Positions 15,309-24,361 of a stretch of 64,000 nucleotides of DNA are shown here, in pieces. The stretch is taken from contig MERD01000069.1 of NCBI GenBank assembly GCA_001771935.1, positions 6,111-70,110 on the forward strand. Reading direction: 5' to 3'. The translations under genes and the position numbers were made by a program. The stretch is from Betaproteobacteria bacterium RIFCSPLOWO2_02_FULL_67_26 (lineage in GTDB: Bacteria > Pseudomonadota > Gammaproteobacteria > Burkholderiales > SG8-41). The notes beneath the pieces are model-generated. The model ran no database searches and was not told the DNA's origin. It saw only the letters and a list, made by a program, of their open reading frames with translations. The number at the start of each line of letters is the position of its first letter. Within the stretch, counting starts at the first letter, position 1.

Positions 15309-15333
15309 GGGCGCGGCGGCGCGGAATTGATCG

Positions 15334-16848
15334 ATGGACACGCTGACGCACATCCTCAACGGCTTCTCGGTCTGCCTGCAGCCGATCAACCTGTGGTACA
15401 CGTTCGTCGGGGTTTTTCTCGGCACGATCATCGGCGTGCTGCCGGGCATCGGGCCGTCGGCCGGGATCGCGCTGCTGATCCCGGTGACCTACGGCATGAA
15501 TCCGACGTCCGCCCTGATCATGATGGCGGGCATCTACTACGGCACGAAGTACGGCGGATCAACGACGGCGATCCTCATCAATACGCCGGGCGAGTCCGCG
15601 TCGGTCATGACGGCGATCGACGGCTACCAGATGGCAAAAAAAGGCCGTGGCGGCGCGGCGCTCGCCATCTCGGCCGTCGGTTCGTTCATTGCCGGCACGC
15701 TGGGCGTCGTGGGACTCACGCTGTTCGCGATTCCACTCACCAGCATGGCCTTGAAATTCGGCCCGGCCGAATACTTCATGCTCATGTTCTTCGCGATGAC
15801 GGCGGTTTCCACGCTCGCCGGCAAATCGCCCGCGAAGGCGGTGATCGCGACCCTGATCGGCCTGATGATCTCCACCATCGGCATCGACCTGCAGAGCGGC
15901 CAGCCGCGCTACACGATGGGCGTCCCCGAACTGCAGGACGGCGTCGGCTTCGTGATCGCGGTGGTGGGCCTGTTCGCCATCGCCGAGGTCTTTTCGCAGA
16001 TGGAGGACATGACCAAGGGCGTGCGGCCGGAAATCATCAAGCTGCAGGGCAGGCTCTGGTTTACCCGCGAGGAATGGAATCTTTCCGTGCGTCCCATCCT
16101 GCGCGGCGGCGTGATCGGATTCATCATCGGCGTGCTGCCCGGCGCCGGCGGCACGATCGCCTCGATCATGAGCTACGTTTGGGAGAAGCGCCTGTCCAAG
16201 CACCCGGAGCGGTTCGGCCACGGCGCCATCGAGGGGGTGGCCGGTCCCGAGGCCGCCAACAACTCCGATACGGCCGGAGCGCTGGTGCCTTTGCTGACGC
16301 TCGGCATCCCCGGCGGCGGGGCGACGGCCGTCATGCTGGGCGCTTTCATCATGTACGGCATACAGCCCGGGCCGCTCCTGTTCCAGAACCGGCCGGACCT
16401 GGTGTGGGGCCTGGTGGACAGCATGTATGTCGGCAACATCATGCTGCTGATCCTGAATCTGCCGCTCATCGGGCTGTTCGTGCGGCTGCTCTACATTCCG
16501 GGCGGCATGCTGATGGCGCTCATCATGGCGATATCCACCATCGGCATCTACGCCATCAACGGCAATCCCGTGGAGCTCTATTTCGGGCTGCTGTTCGGAG
16601 TCATGGGCTACGTGTTCCGCAAGGTCGACATACCGGTCGCGCCGCTGGTGCTGTCGCTGGTGCTGGGCGGCATCATGGAGCAGTCGTTCCGGCAGGCGAT
16701 GACGATTTCCGGGGCGAATCCCGGGATCTTCGTCGGCAGCACGATCTGCATCGTGCTGCTGGCCCTGTCCGTGCTTTCGGTGCTGCTGCCGTTCATGCTG
16801 CCGCGGCTGAAGTCCTGGCGCGAAGGTTCGGCGAACGCCGAGGCATAG
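15334..16848 (+). CDS. tctA: Tripartite tricarboxylate transporter large permease TctA (set 1)
   Basis: 504 aa. N-terminus MDTLTHILNGFSVCLQPINLWYTFVGVFLGTIIGVLPGIGP and the GEEYPG-type region PGESASV are typical of the TctA family. Confidence 0.9.
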   Translation: MDTLTHILNGFSVCLQPINLWYTFVGVFLGTIIGVLPGIGPSAGIALLIPVTYGMNPTSALIMMAGIYYGTKYGGSTTAILINTPGESASVMTAIDGYQMAKKGRGGAALAISAVGSFIAGTLGVVGLTLFAIPLTSMALKFGPAEYFMLMFFAMTAVSTLAGKSPAKAVIATLIGLMISTIGIDLQSGQPRYTMGVPELQDGVGFVIAVVGLFAIAEVFSQMEDMTKGVRPEIIKLQGRLWFTREEWNLSVRPILRGGVIGFIIGVLPGAGGTIASIMSYVWEKRLSKHPERFGHGAIEGVAGPEAANNSDTAGALVPLLTLGIPGGGATAVMLGAFIMYGIQPGPLLFQNRPDLVWGLVDSMYVGNIMLLILNLPLIGLFVRLLYIPGGMLMALIMAISTIGIYAINGNPVELYFGLLFGVMGYVFRKVDIPVAPLVLSLVLGGIMEQSFRQAMTISGANPGIFVGSTICIVLLALSVLSVLLPFMLPRLKSWREGSANAEA

Positions 16849-16942
16849 CGCCGGTGATGCGTGACCGGCGACCGGGGAGCCTGAACCGGGATTCGCGCGC
16901 TACACGCGATGGCTTGCAGAGAATGGTGAATGGAGAGAACGA

Positions 16943-17995
16943 ATGGGCAAGCGGGTTGCATATTTGGGGGTGGGGGCGGTCGGCGGCTACGTTGCCGGCC
17001 ATCTGACGCGCGCGGGCCATGACGTGACGCTGATCGATCCGTGGCCGGAGCATGTCGAGGCCATGCGCGGGAACGGGATCGAGCTCTCCGGCACGACGCC
17101 GGCGGAGCGCCACACGGTGCCGGTCAGCGCGATGCACGTCACCGACGTGCAAAACCTCGTGAAGCAGAAGCCGATCGATATTGCGTTCGTGAGCGTCAAA
17201 TCGTACGACACCGAGTGGGCAACGCTCCTGCTGCGCCCGTACCTCGCGCCCGACGGTTTCATCGTCTCGCTCCAGAACTGCATCAACGAGGAGCGCATCG
17301 CCTCGCACGTGGGATGGGGCCGCACCGTGGGCTGCATCGCCAGCCTGATCGCCGTGGAGCTCTACGCGCCCGGCAAGATCAAGCGCACCGTGCCGATGGG
17401 CGGCGACCGGCACACCGTGTTTCGCGTCGGTGAGCCGCACGGACGGGTCACGCGGCGCGCGGAGGAGGTCGCGGAGATGCTGCGCGCGGTGGACAGCGCC
17501 AAGGTCACCACCAACCTGTGGGGCGAGCGCTGGTCCAAGCTCGTGATCAACTCGATGCGCAACGGCCTGTCCGCGGCGACCGGCCTCTACGGCAACCAGC
17601 GCGACACGACGGAGGGCCCGCGCGGGTTGTCGATCCGGCTGGGGAGCGAGGCGGTGCGGGTGGGCCAGGCCCTGGGCTTCCCGCTCGAGAGAATGCTGGG
17701 GATGGACGCCGAGACGCTCGCGCGTGCCGGCGAAGGGCACCCGGACGCGTTGACCGAGATCACCAACGTCTTGATCGAAGGCGCGAAAAAGCGCTCGGAC
17801 GACCAGCGCCCGTCGATGGCGCAGGACATCGCCAAGGGGCGCCGCACCGAAACCGACTTCATCAACGGCTTCGTCGCCGCGCAGGGTGCCGGGATCGGCG
17901 TGCCCGCGCCGACGCACGTCCGGATGAACGAGGCCGTAAAGCGCGTCGAGCGGGGGGACGCGAAGCCCTCGCCGGAACTGATCTGCGGCTGGTGA
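16943..17995 (+). CDS. ApbA/PanE-family 2-dehydropantoate (2-oxoacid) reductase-like oxidoreductase
   Basis: 350 aa. N-terminal Rossmann motif YLGVGAVGGYVAGHL. C-terminal PanE-like region (KLVINSMRNG, SMAQDIAKGRRTETDFINGFV). Confidence 0.75.
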   Translation: MGKRVAYLGVGAVGGYVAGHLTRAGHDVTLIDPWPEHVEAMRGNGIELSGTTPAERHTVPVSAMHVTDVQNLVKQKPIDIAFVSVKSYDTEWATLLLRPYLAPDGFIVSLQNCINEERIASHVGWGRTVGCIASLIAVELYAPGKIKRTVPMGGDRHTVFRVGEPHGRVTRRAEEVAEMLRAVDSAKVTTNLWGERWSKLVINSMRNGLSAATGLYGNQRDTTEGPRGLSIRLGSEAVRVGQALGFPLERMLGMDAETLARAGEGHPDALTEITNVLIEGAKKRSDDQRPSMAQDIAKGRRTETDFINGFVAAQGAGIGVPAPTHVRMNEAVKRVERGDAKPSPELICGW

Positions 17996-18099
17996 TATCA
18001 TTGATCCGCCGCGCCTGAACGGTGCTCGAACAAGCCGCCGGCCGGCCGGCACGCCAGTACGGAAGTCCGGAACAACGACTTGAAAACCAGGAGGAAACC

Positions 18100-19110
18100 A
18101 TGAGAAATGCGCTCGCGTTCATTGCGGCCTTCACGCTGTTGGCTGTCGCACCACGGGCAGGGGTGGCGCAGCCTTTGTCGTTCGAAGGCAAGACGATCAC
18201 GATCGTGTGCGGGTTCAAGGCCGGCGGCGGCTACGATCGCACCGCCCGCATCCTGGCCCGGCACCTCCCGAAGTACCTGCCGGGCACGCCCAATGTCATC
18301 GTGCAGAACATGCCGGGCGCCAACAGCATCACCGCGGCCAACCACGTCTACAACGTGGCGAAGCCGGACGGCCTGACCATCGGCACCTTCAACCGCAACC
18401 TGGTGCTCGCGCAGCTCACCAACGTGAGGGGGGTGAAATTCGACCAGACCAAGTTCGCGTGGATCGGATCGGCGGCGAGCGAGTCGACGGTCCTCGCGAT
18501 CCGCAGCGACCTGCCGTACAAGACCTTCGACGACCTGAAGAAATCGGGCAAGACCCTGGTGATCGGAGCGACCGGGCCGGGGGCCAATACCTACGACTTT
18601 CCGCTGCTGCTGAAGGAGCTGCTCGGGGTCGACCTCAAGATCGTGAGCGGCTATTCCAGCAGCTCGGACATCATGCTGGCGATCGAGCGCAAGGAGGTGG
18701 ACGCGCGGGCCGGCTCCTACACGTCGCTGCGCCCCTTCATCGACCGCAACCTGGTGCATCCGGTGATTCGGGCCAAGGCCATCGAGGCCGGGATCGAGCA
18801 GCTGCCGGTCGACGAGAATCTCGCGCCCAATGCCCGCGCCAGGGCGGTCATGGCGCTGCGCTCCGCGCCCGAAGTGGTCGGCCGGCCGTACGTGATGACG
18901 CCGGGCACGCCCGATGACATCGTCAAGGCGATGCGGGACGCGTTCAGCAAGGCCATCAAGGATCCGGAGCTCGTCGCCGAGGCGAAGAAGGGCAAGATGG
19001 AGCTCGAGTTCATGCCCGGGGACGAGGCGCTCAGGATCGTGAAAGAGGTCCTGGCGCAGCCGAAGGAAATCGTGGACGACTTCCGCAAGTACATCAAGTT
19101 CGGCGAATGA
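18100..19110 (+). CDS. tctC: TctC/Bug-like periplasmic substrate-binding protein (divergent)
   Basis: Signal peptide MRNALAFIAAFTLLAVAPRAGVA. Bug-like layout (TIVCGFKAGGGYDRTARILARHL, VIVQNMPGANSITAANHV, AKPDGLTIG). Sits next to tctA/tctB set 2. Start preceded by AGGAGGAAA. Confidence 0.55.
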   Translation: MRNALAFIAAFTLLAVAPRAGVAQPLSFEGKTITIVCGFKAGGGYDRTARILARHLPKYLPGTPNVIVQNMPGANSITAANHVYNVAKPDGLTIGTFNRNLVLAQLTNVRGVKFDQTKFAWIGSAASESTVLAIRSDLPYKTFDDLKKSGKTLVIGATGPGANTYDFPLLLKELLGVDLKIVSGYSSSSDIMLAIERKEVDARAGSYTSLRPFIDRNLVHPVIRAKAIEAGIEQLPVDENLAPNARARAVMALRSAPEVVGRPYVMTPGTPDDIVKAMRDAFSKAIKDPELVAEAKKGKMELEFMPGDEALRIVKEVLAQPKEIVDDFRKYIKFGE

Positions 19111-19154
19111 GCGGCGCGCCGGAGTGGTTTCGACGCCTTCCGGGCCAGTCGGCG

Positions 19155-19181
19155 AAAAAGGGGGCCTTGCCCCCTTTTTTT
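19155..19181 (+). terminator. Rho-independent (potentially bidirectional) terminator between tctC-like and tctA2
   Basis: AAAAAGGGGGC-CTT-GCCCCCTTTTTTT. A perfect GC stem is flanked by A and T runs, 45 nt after the tctC-like stop. Confidence 0.6.
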
Positions 19182-19198
19182 GAGCCTCCACCGGCCGC

Positions 19199-20710
19199 AT
19201 GATCGACGCCCTGCTCGAAGGCCTGCTCCTCGTCCTGCAGTGGAAGGCGTTCGCCTTCATGCTGCTCGGGATCGCGCTCGGCTTCTGGGTCGGCCTGCTG
19301 CCCGGGCTGGGCGGCGTCACCACGCTGGCGCTGATGCTTCCCTTCATCTACGCGATGAGCCCGGTCGAGGGGTTCGCGTTCCTGCTGGGGATGCATTCGG
19401 TGGTCGCCACGACCGGGGACATCACGTCGGTGCTCTTCGGCATCCCCGGAGAAGGCACCACCGCGGCGACGATCCTCGACGGGCACGCCATGGCGAAGAA
19501 AGGGCAGGCCGGGCGGGCGCTGGGCGCGGCGCTCGCCAGCTCGCTCGTCGGCGCGCTGGTCGGCGCGCTCGCGCTGGCGCTCGCGATCCCGGTGGTGCGT
19601 CCTCTGGTCCTCGCCTTCGGCTCGCCCGAGCTCTTCATGATCGCCATCGTCGGCATTGCGTTCATCGCGTCGCTCAGCGCGCAGGGCGCGCGCGGAATGC
19701 TGCGCGGGTTCCTCGCGGGCGGGCTCGGCCTGATGGTCGCCACGATCGGGCAGGACCCGCAGGCCGGTGTCGCGCGCTATACCTTCGACTCCCTTTACCT
19801 CTGGAGCGGCCTCGACCTCGTGCCGGTGCTGATCGGCATCTTCGCCATCCCCGAGATCGTCGACCTCATCGTGCGCGGCGGCTCCATCGCGGGGGAGATG
19901 CCCGGGGGCCGCCTGAACCAGGGCGCGCTGGAAGGCGTCAAGGACACGTTCCGCCACTTCTGGCTCACGATCCGCTGCAGCCTGATCGGCACCTTCATCG
20001 GCATCATGCCGGGGCTCGGTGGCGCGGTGGCCCAGTGGCTCGCGTACGGACACGCCGTGCAAAGCGCGCGCACCGTGGAAGAGCGGGAGGGATTCGGCAA
20101 GGGAGACGTGCGCGGCGTCCTCGGCCCGGGCGCGGCCAACAACTCCAAGGAGGGCGGCGCGCTCATCCCGACCGTCGCATTCGGCGTGCCCGGCAGTTCC
20201 TCCATGGCGATCCTGCTCGGCGGCTTCTTCCTGCTCGGGCTGGTGCCCGGTCCCGACATGCTGACCACGCACCTGGCGGTCACGTTCTCGATGGTGTGGA
20301 CGATCGTGCTGTCGAACGTCATCACGGTCGTCGCGTGCTTCCTGTTCCTCAACCATCTCGCCCGGCTGACCGTCGTGCGCGGCCATTTCCTGGTCCCGGT
20401 GATCCTGGTGCTGGTCTTCATCGGGAGCTATACGGCCAATAATCACTACGGCGACGTGGTCCTGATGCTGTTCTTCGGCGTGGTCGGCTACCTGATGGTC
20501 GCCGGCGGCTGGCCGCGGGCGCCGTTCGTGCTCGGCCTGGTCCTGGGCAAGATCGTCGAGAACAACCTTTACATCTCGGTTGCGCGCTACGAATTCGCCT
20601 GGCTGACCCGGCCCATCGTGCTGGTCCTCCTGGCGCTGGCGGTCGCGGTGATTCTCTACCCCCTGATCCAGGCGCGGCGTTCACGGTCGAGGAGCAACGC
20701 GCATGCATAG
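19199..20710 (+). CDS. tctA: Tripartite tricarboxylate transporter large permease TctA (set 2)
   Basis: 503 aa. TctA-family N-terminus (MIDALLEGLLLVLQWKAFAFMLLGIALGFWVGLLPGLGG) and motif FGIPGEGTTAA. Confidence 0.9.
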   Translation: MIDALLEGLLLVLQWKAFAFMLLGIALGFWVGLLPGLGGVTTLALMLPFIYAMSPVEGFAFLLGMHSVVATTGDITSVLFGIPGEGTTAATILDGHAMAKKGQAGRALGAALASSLVGALVGALALALAIPVVRPLVLAFGSPELFMIAIVGIAFIASLSAQGARGMLRGFLAGGLGLMVATIGQDPQAGVARYTFDSLYLWSGLDLVPVLIGIFAIPEIVDLIVRGGSIAGEMPGGRLNQGALEGVKDTFRHFWLTIRCSLIGTFIGIMPGLGGAVAQWLAYGHAVQSARTVEEREGFGKGDVRGVLGPGAANNSKEGGALIPTVAFGVPGSSSMAILLGGFFLLGLVPGPDMLTTHLAVTFSMVWTIVLSNVITVVACFLFLNHLARLTVVRGHFLVPVILVLVFIGSYTANNHYGDVVLMLFFGVVGYLMVAGGWPRAPFVLGLVLGKIVENNLYISVARYEFAWLTRPIVLVLLALAVAVILYPLIQARRSRSRSNAHA

Positions 20711-21176
20711 CAAGGCTTCGCTGATCCTCGGCGCCGGCATCGTGCTCGTCTCGGGAGCGGCCATCGTCATCGCGCTGGACTGGCCGTTGAAGGCCAGGCT
20801 GTTTCCGCTGGCGATCGGAATTCCGGTCTTCTGCATGGCCATGGCCGAGGTCCTGTGGGGGCTGCTCGACCCCGCGGCCCGAAGCGAGGCGATGGAATTC
20901 CGCCTCTCCGACGAGGCGCAGGGTGGGGTCGCGGTGCGGCGAACGCTGCTCGCCGTCGCCTGGATGGCCGGGTTCTCCGCAGCGATCGTCCTGCTGGGAT
21001 TCCCGTCCGCCATTGCGTTGCTCGTATTGTGCTATCTGCGGCTCCAGGGGCGGGAAGGCTGGATCGTTTCTGGTATCTTTACCCTCGTGGTCTGGGCGCT
21101 CTTCTACACGGTCTTCGACCGGCTCCTCCACCTGCCGTTTCCCGCGGGGCTGGTTCAGGGGTGGCTTGGCCTTTAA
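20703..21176 (+). CDS. tctB: TctB-like small membrane subunit (set 2), encoded after tctA
   Basis: 157 aa, about 4 TM. Overlaps the tctA2 stop by 8 nt. Assigned mainly from size, topology and context. Confidence 0.55.
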   Translation: MHSKASLILGAGIVLVSGAAIVIALDWPLKARLFPLAIGIPVFCMAMAEVLWGLLDPAARSEAMEFRLSDEAQGGVAVRRTLLAVAWMAGFSAAIVLLGFPSAIALLVLCYLRLQGREGWIVSGIFTLVVWALFYTVFDRLLHLPFPAGLVQGWLGL

Positions 21177-21182
21177 GCCGAC

Positions 21183-22055
21183 ATGATTCCCGCGAAGCGC
21201 CTGCGCTATTCCGCCATCGTTGACCGACCGCCGCTCGTGCTGCCGGAAAAAGCCCGCGTCGTGATCTGGCCGGTGGTGAACGTCGAGGTGTGGGACATAT
21301 CGCGCCCGATGCCGCGGCAGGCGCTGCCGCCGCCCACCGGCATCCCGCATCAGCCGGACGTGCCGAACTGGGGCTGGCACGAGTACGGCATGCGCGTTGG
21401 CTTCTGGCGCCAGAAGGCGCTGCTCGACGAGCTGAAGATCGTGCCTTCACTCTCGATCAATGCGCGCGTCTGTCTCGACTACCCGCGCGTGGCCCGGGCG
21501 GCGCGCGACGCCGGCTGGGAATTCATGGGCCACTCCTACGACCAGCGCCCGGTCCACACCGAGCCCGACCAGGCGGGGATGATCCGCCAGTCGGTGAAGG
21601 TGATACGGGAGTTCACCGGCAAGCGACCGGTGGGCTGGATGGGCCCGGGGCTGACCGAGACACTCGATACCCCCGAGCTGCTGGCGGGCGCCGGCATCCG
21701 GTACATCGCCGACTGGGTGATCGATGACGAGCCGTGCACGATACGCACCCGGGGCGGCAACCTCGTGACGATGCCTTATTCGATGGAGCTGAACGACATC
21801 GCGATGATGGTGGTGCAGCACCATCCGGCCCGGGAGTGGGAAACGCGGTGCATGGACTACTTCGACCGCGTCTACCGCGAGGGGAGGCAACGCGCCAAGG
21901 TGATGGCGATCGCCGTGCACCCCTACATCACGGGCGTCCCGCACCGGATCAAGTATCTCGAAAACGTGTTCCGGCGGCTGAGGAAGCGGAAAGACGTGCT
22001 GTTCTGGACCGGCGAGAGGATTCTCGACTGGTATCTCGGGAGCCGCAAGCGGTGA
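21183..22055 (+). CDS. Polysaccharide deacetylase-fold protein (PuuE/allantoinase-like subgroup)
   Basis: 290 aa. The pattern VVIWPVVNVEVWD..HEYGMRVGFWR..WEFMGHSYDQ resembles the PuuE-like divergent deacetylase family. Recognised by eye. Confidence 0.6.
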   Translation: MIPAKRLRYSAIVDRPPLVLPEKARVVIWPVVNVEVWDISRPMPRQALPPPTGIPHQPDVPNWGWHEYGMRVGFWRQKALLDELKIVPSLSINARVCLDYPRVARAARDAGWEFMGHSYDQRPVHTEPDQAGMIRQSVKVIREFTGKRPVGWMGPGLTETLDTPELLAGAGIRYIADWVIDDEPCTIRTRGGNLVTMPYSMELNDIAMMVVQHHPAREWETRCMDYFDRVYREGRQRAKVMAIAVHPYITGVPHRIKYLENVFRRLRKRKDVLFWTGERILDWYLGSRKR

Positions 22056-22140
22056 GCCCCGGCGGATCGGATGGAAGTGCCGGAAAGTTACCCTGCGTTG
22101 ATCCAGATCAATCCGGCGCGCCGTCGTTTCCTGCGTTGCC

Positions 22141-22169
22141 TTGACAGCGCCCTGAATTTTTTTGAGAAT
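22141..22169 (+). promoter_or_regulatory. Candidate sigma70 promoter for the synthase / binding-protein-fold gene pair
   Basis: TTGACA (22141-22146), a 17-nt spacer, then GAGAAT (22164-22169). It lies about 45 nt upstream of the 22214 start in a 158-bp gap. Confidence 0.35.
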
Positions 22170-22213
22170 TAACGCCTTACCGCCCCGGTTCACCTAACAC
22201 GCGAGGAGCGCCC

Positions 22214-23449
22214 ATGGCCAAGCAACCCTGGAAAACCGACAACTGGTTCGTGAGCCAGTGGAATTACGCGGACGAAGTGCGCAAGGATTTCAAGTTCGCC
22301 AAGCAGATCAAGATCCACGACATCACCTTGCGCGACGGCGAGCAGCAAACCGGGATCATCCTCAGCAAGGACGACAAGATCCGCATCGCCGAAGCGCTGG
22401 CGGAAGCCGGAGTGCATCGCATCGAGGCCGGCATGCCGATCGTTTCGCCCTCGGATGCCGAGGCCATCAAGGAGATCGCCCGGCGCAATCTCGGCCCGCA
22501 GATCTTTGCGTTTTCGCGCTGCATGAAAGAGGACGTCCAGCGCGCGATCGACACCGGCGTCAACGGCGTGGTGATGGAGATCCCGTCCAGCCAGCACATG
22601 GTGGACCTCGCCTACAAGTGGCCGATGGAGAAGGCGATAGAGACCTCGATCGAGGCAACCTTGTTTGCCAAGAAGAACGGGCTGGAAGTCGTGTTCTTCC
22701 CCATCGATTTCTCCCGCTCGGAAATGAACTGGGTGCTGAACCTGATCAACCGGGTCGCGACCGAGGGCCACATGGACGCGCTGGCCCTGGTGGACACGTT
22801 CGGGGTGGTGTCGCCCCACGCGATGCAGTACTTCGTGCGCGAGGTCAAGAAGCGCATCAACAAGCGCCTCGAGGCGCACTTCCACCAGGACTTCGGGATG
22901 GGTGTCGCGAACACCATCATGGCCGCCGCCGAAGGCGTCGAGGTGCTGCACACGACCGTGCTCGGCGTCGGCGAGCGTGCCGGCAATACGCCGATGGAAG
23001 AAACCGTCATGGCATTGCTGACGATGTACGGCGTGGACGTCGGGCTCAACTACAGCAAGCTCACGCCGCTCGCCAACCTGGTGCAGAAGCTCACCGGGGT
23101 GGACGTGCCTTCGAACAAGCCCGTCGTGGGCAGGCAGCTCTATCAGATCGAGTCCGGGATCATCGCGAGCTGGTACAAGAACTGCGGCGAGGAAAACGCG
23201 ACCGAACTGTTTCCCGTGCGCGCGCAGTTCGTCGGGCAGCCGCCCGCCGAGGTGGTGATGGGCAAGGGCAGCGGCATCGATTCGGTCAAGGCCTGGCTCG
23301 CGCAGATGGGTATCGAGGCGAGCGACGACGAGGCGCTCAAGATGACCGCTGCGGTCAAGGGCTACTCGCTGAAGAACAAGCGGCTGCTGACCGAAACCGA
23401 GTTCAGCAAGATCGCCAGGGACGTCATCGCGGAGCGCGCGGCGGCGTAA
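22214..23449 (+). CDS. DRE-TIM metallolyase of the LeuA/NifV/CimA clade (2-alkylmalate / homocitrate / Re-citrate synthase-like), short form
   Basis: 411 aa. Signature IHDITLRDGEQQTG followed by AEAGVHRIEAGMP. HxH-type region EAHFHQDFGMGVANT. No LeuA-type C-terminal regulatory domain. Confidence 0.75.
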   Translation: MAKQPWKTDNWFVSQWNYADEVRKDFKFAKQIKIHDITLRDGEQQTGIILSKDDKIRIAEALAEAGVHRIEAGMPIVSPSDAEAIKEIARRNLGPQIFAFSRCMKEDVQRAIDTGVNGVVMEIPSSQHMVDLAYKWPMEKAIETSIEATLFAKKNGLEVVFFPIDFSRSEMNWVLNLINRVATEGHMDALALVDTFGVVSPHAMQYFVREVKKRINKRLEAHFHQDFGMGVANTIMAAAEGVEVLHTTVLGVGERAGNTPMEETVMALLTMYGVDVGLNYSKLTPLANLVQKLTGVDVPSNKPVVGRQLYQIESGIIASWYKNCGEENATELFPVRAQFVGQPPAEVVMGKGSGIDSVKAWLAQMGIEASDDEALKMTAAVKGYSLKNKRLLTETEFSKIARDVIAERAAA

Positions 23450-23484
23450 CGCGGATCTTTTGGAATGTGGAGGAGAACACTGCC

Positions 23485-24357
23485 ATGACGCTTGTCATCA
23501 AGCCGGTTGTAAGGATCGCCCCGAATAACCAGGTATTCGATCTGCCGGTGATCGTCGGCATCGAGGAAGGATTGTTCGCCAGGGCCGGGCTCGACGTCAG
23601 TTTTTCGGCGAGCCATGCGGACCGGGAGCGGGACAGCGCCGAGAAGCCGATCCTGTCGCGGCTCAAGGAGCAGCTGTTCGAATGCGGCTCGGCCGACAGC
23701 TACAACGTCTGCGAGTGGGCGAGCATCGACCGGCTGGAGCGCGGCCAGCGCGGCGGCAGCATCGCGGCCCTGCGCGCCGCGGTCGCGGCCCAGGCGATCC
23801 TGACGTTCGACGAGCGGCTCCAGACGCCGCGCGACATGGCCGATGTTCCCGTCGTGGTGCAGGAGCTCACCGGCTCGCACTACACGACGCTGCAGATGCT
23901 GGAGAGCGCGGTTGGCCGCGAGCACGTCAATATCGTGAATGGCGGATTGCCGCAGATGCGCTGGGCGGGCCTCAAGAGCGGCGCTTACCGCGCGGTGACG
24001 GTGATGGAGCCGTTCATCAGCCTCGGGCTCAAGGAAGGCGCTCACATCATCGCCTCCTCGTTTTACCGGGGCGGCGAAGTGGTGGCGCCGGAACTGACGC
24101 CGGAGCAGCGCAAGGCCTATTACGACGCCGAGAACCAGGCCGTGGATCTCATCAACGCGGACTTCTACAAGTACGCGCATCACGTCACCGCGCACGCCAA
24201 GGACGCGTTGAAGCCCAACGAGCTGCTGCGCGCATTCGTCCGCTACAAGCACGTTGACTACTACGATCCCGCCCTGTTCGGCCGGGCCTACGACTGGATG
24301 AAGGCGCGGGGAATGACCGAGGGCCAGAGCCAGCACGCCGCCCTGGTGGTGGGCTGA
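23485..24357 (+). CDS. Leaderless periplasmic-binding-protein-fold (NMT1/THI5/SsuA-like) protein, function unknown
   Basis: 290 aa from the last part of track ORF 22258..24357. The ATG at 23485 follows GGAGGAGAA. No signal peptide. The N-terminus VRIAPNNQVFDLPVIVGIEEGLFARAGLDV resembles NMT1-like domains (eye only). Confidence 0.45.
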   Translation: MTLVIKPVVRIAPNNQVFDLPVIVGIEEGLFARAGLDVSFSASHADRERDSAEKPILSRLKEQLFECGSADSYNVCEWASIDRLERGQRGGSIAALRAAVAAQAILTFDERLQTPRDMADVPVVVQELTGSHYTTLQMLESAVGREHVNIVNGGLPQMRWAGLKSGAYRAVTVMEPFISLGLKEGAHIIASSFYRGGEVVAPELTPEQRKAYYDAENQAVDLINADFYKYAHHVTAHAKDALKPNELLRAFVRYKHVDYYDPALFGRAYDWMKARGMTEGQSQHAALVVG

Positions 24358-24361
24358 GCGC

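Noticed and set aside
22258-24357. 699-aa plus-strand ORF
   Set aside because: The first ~409 codons are an alternate frame of the TLRDGEQ synthase gene. Only the final 290 aa (from 23485) form a credible protein.
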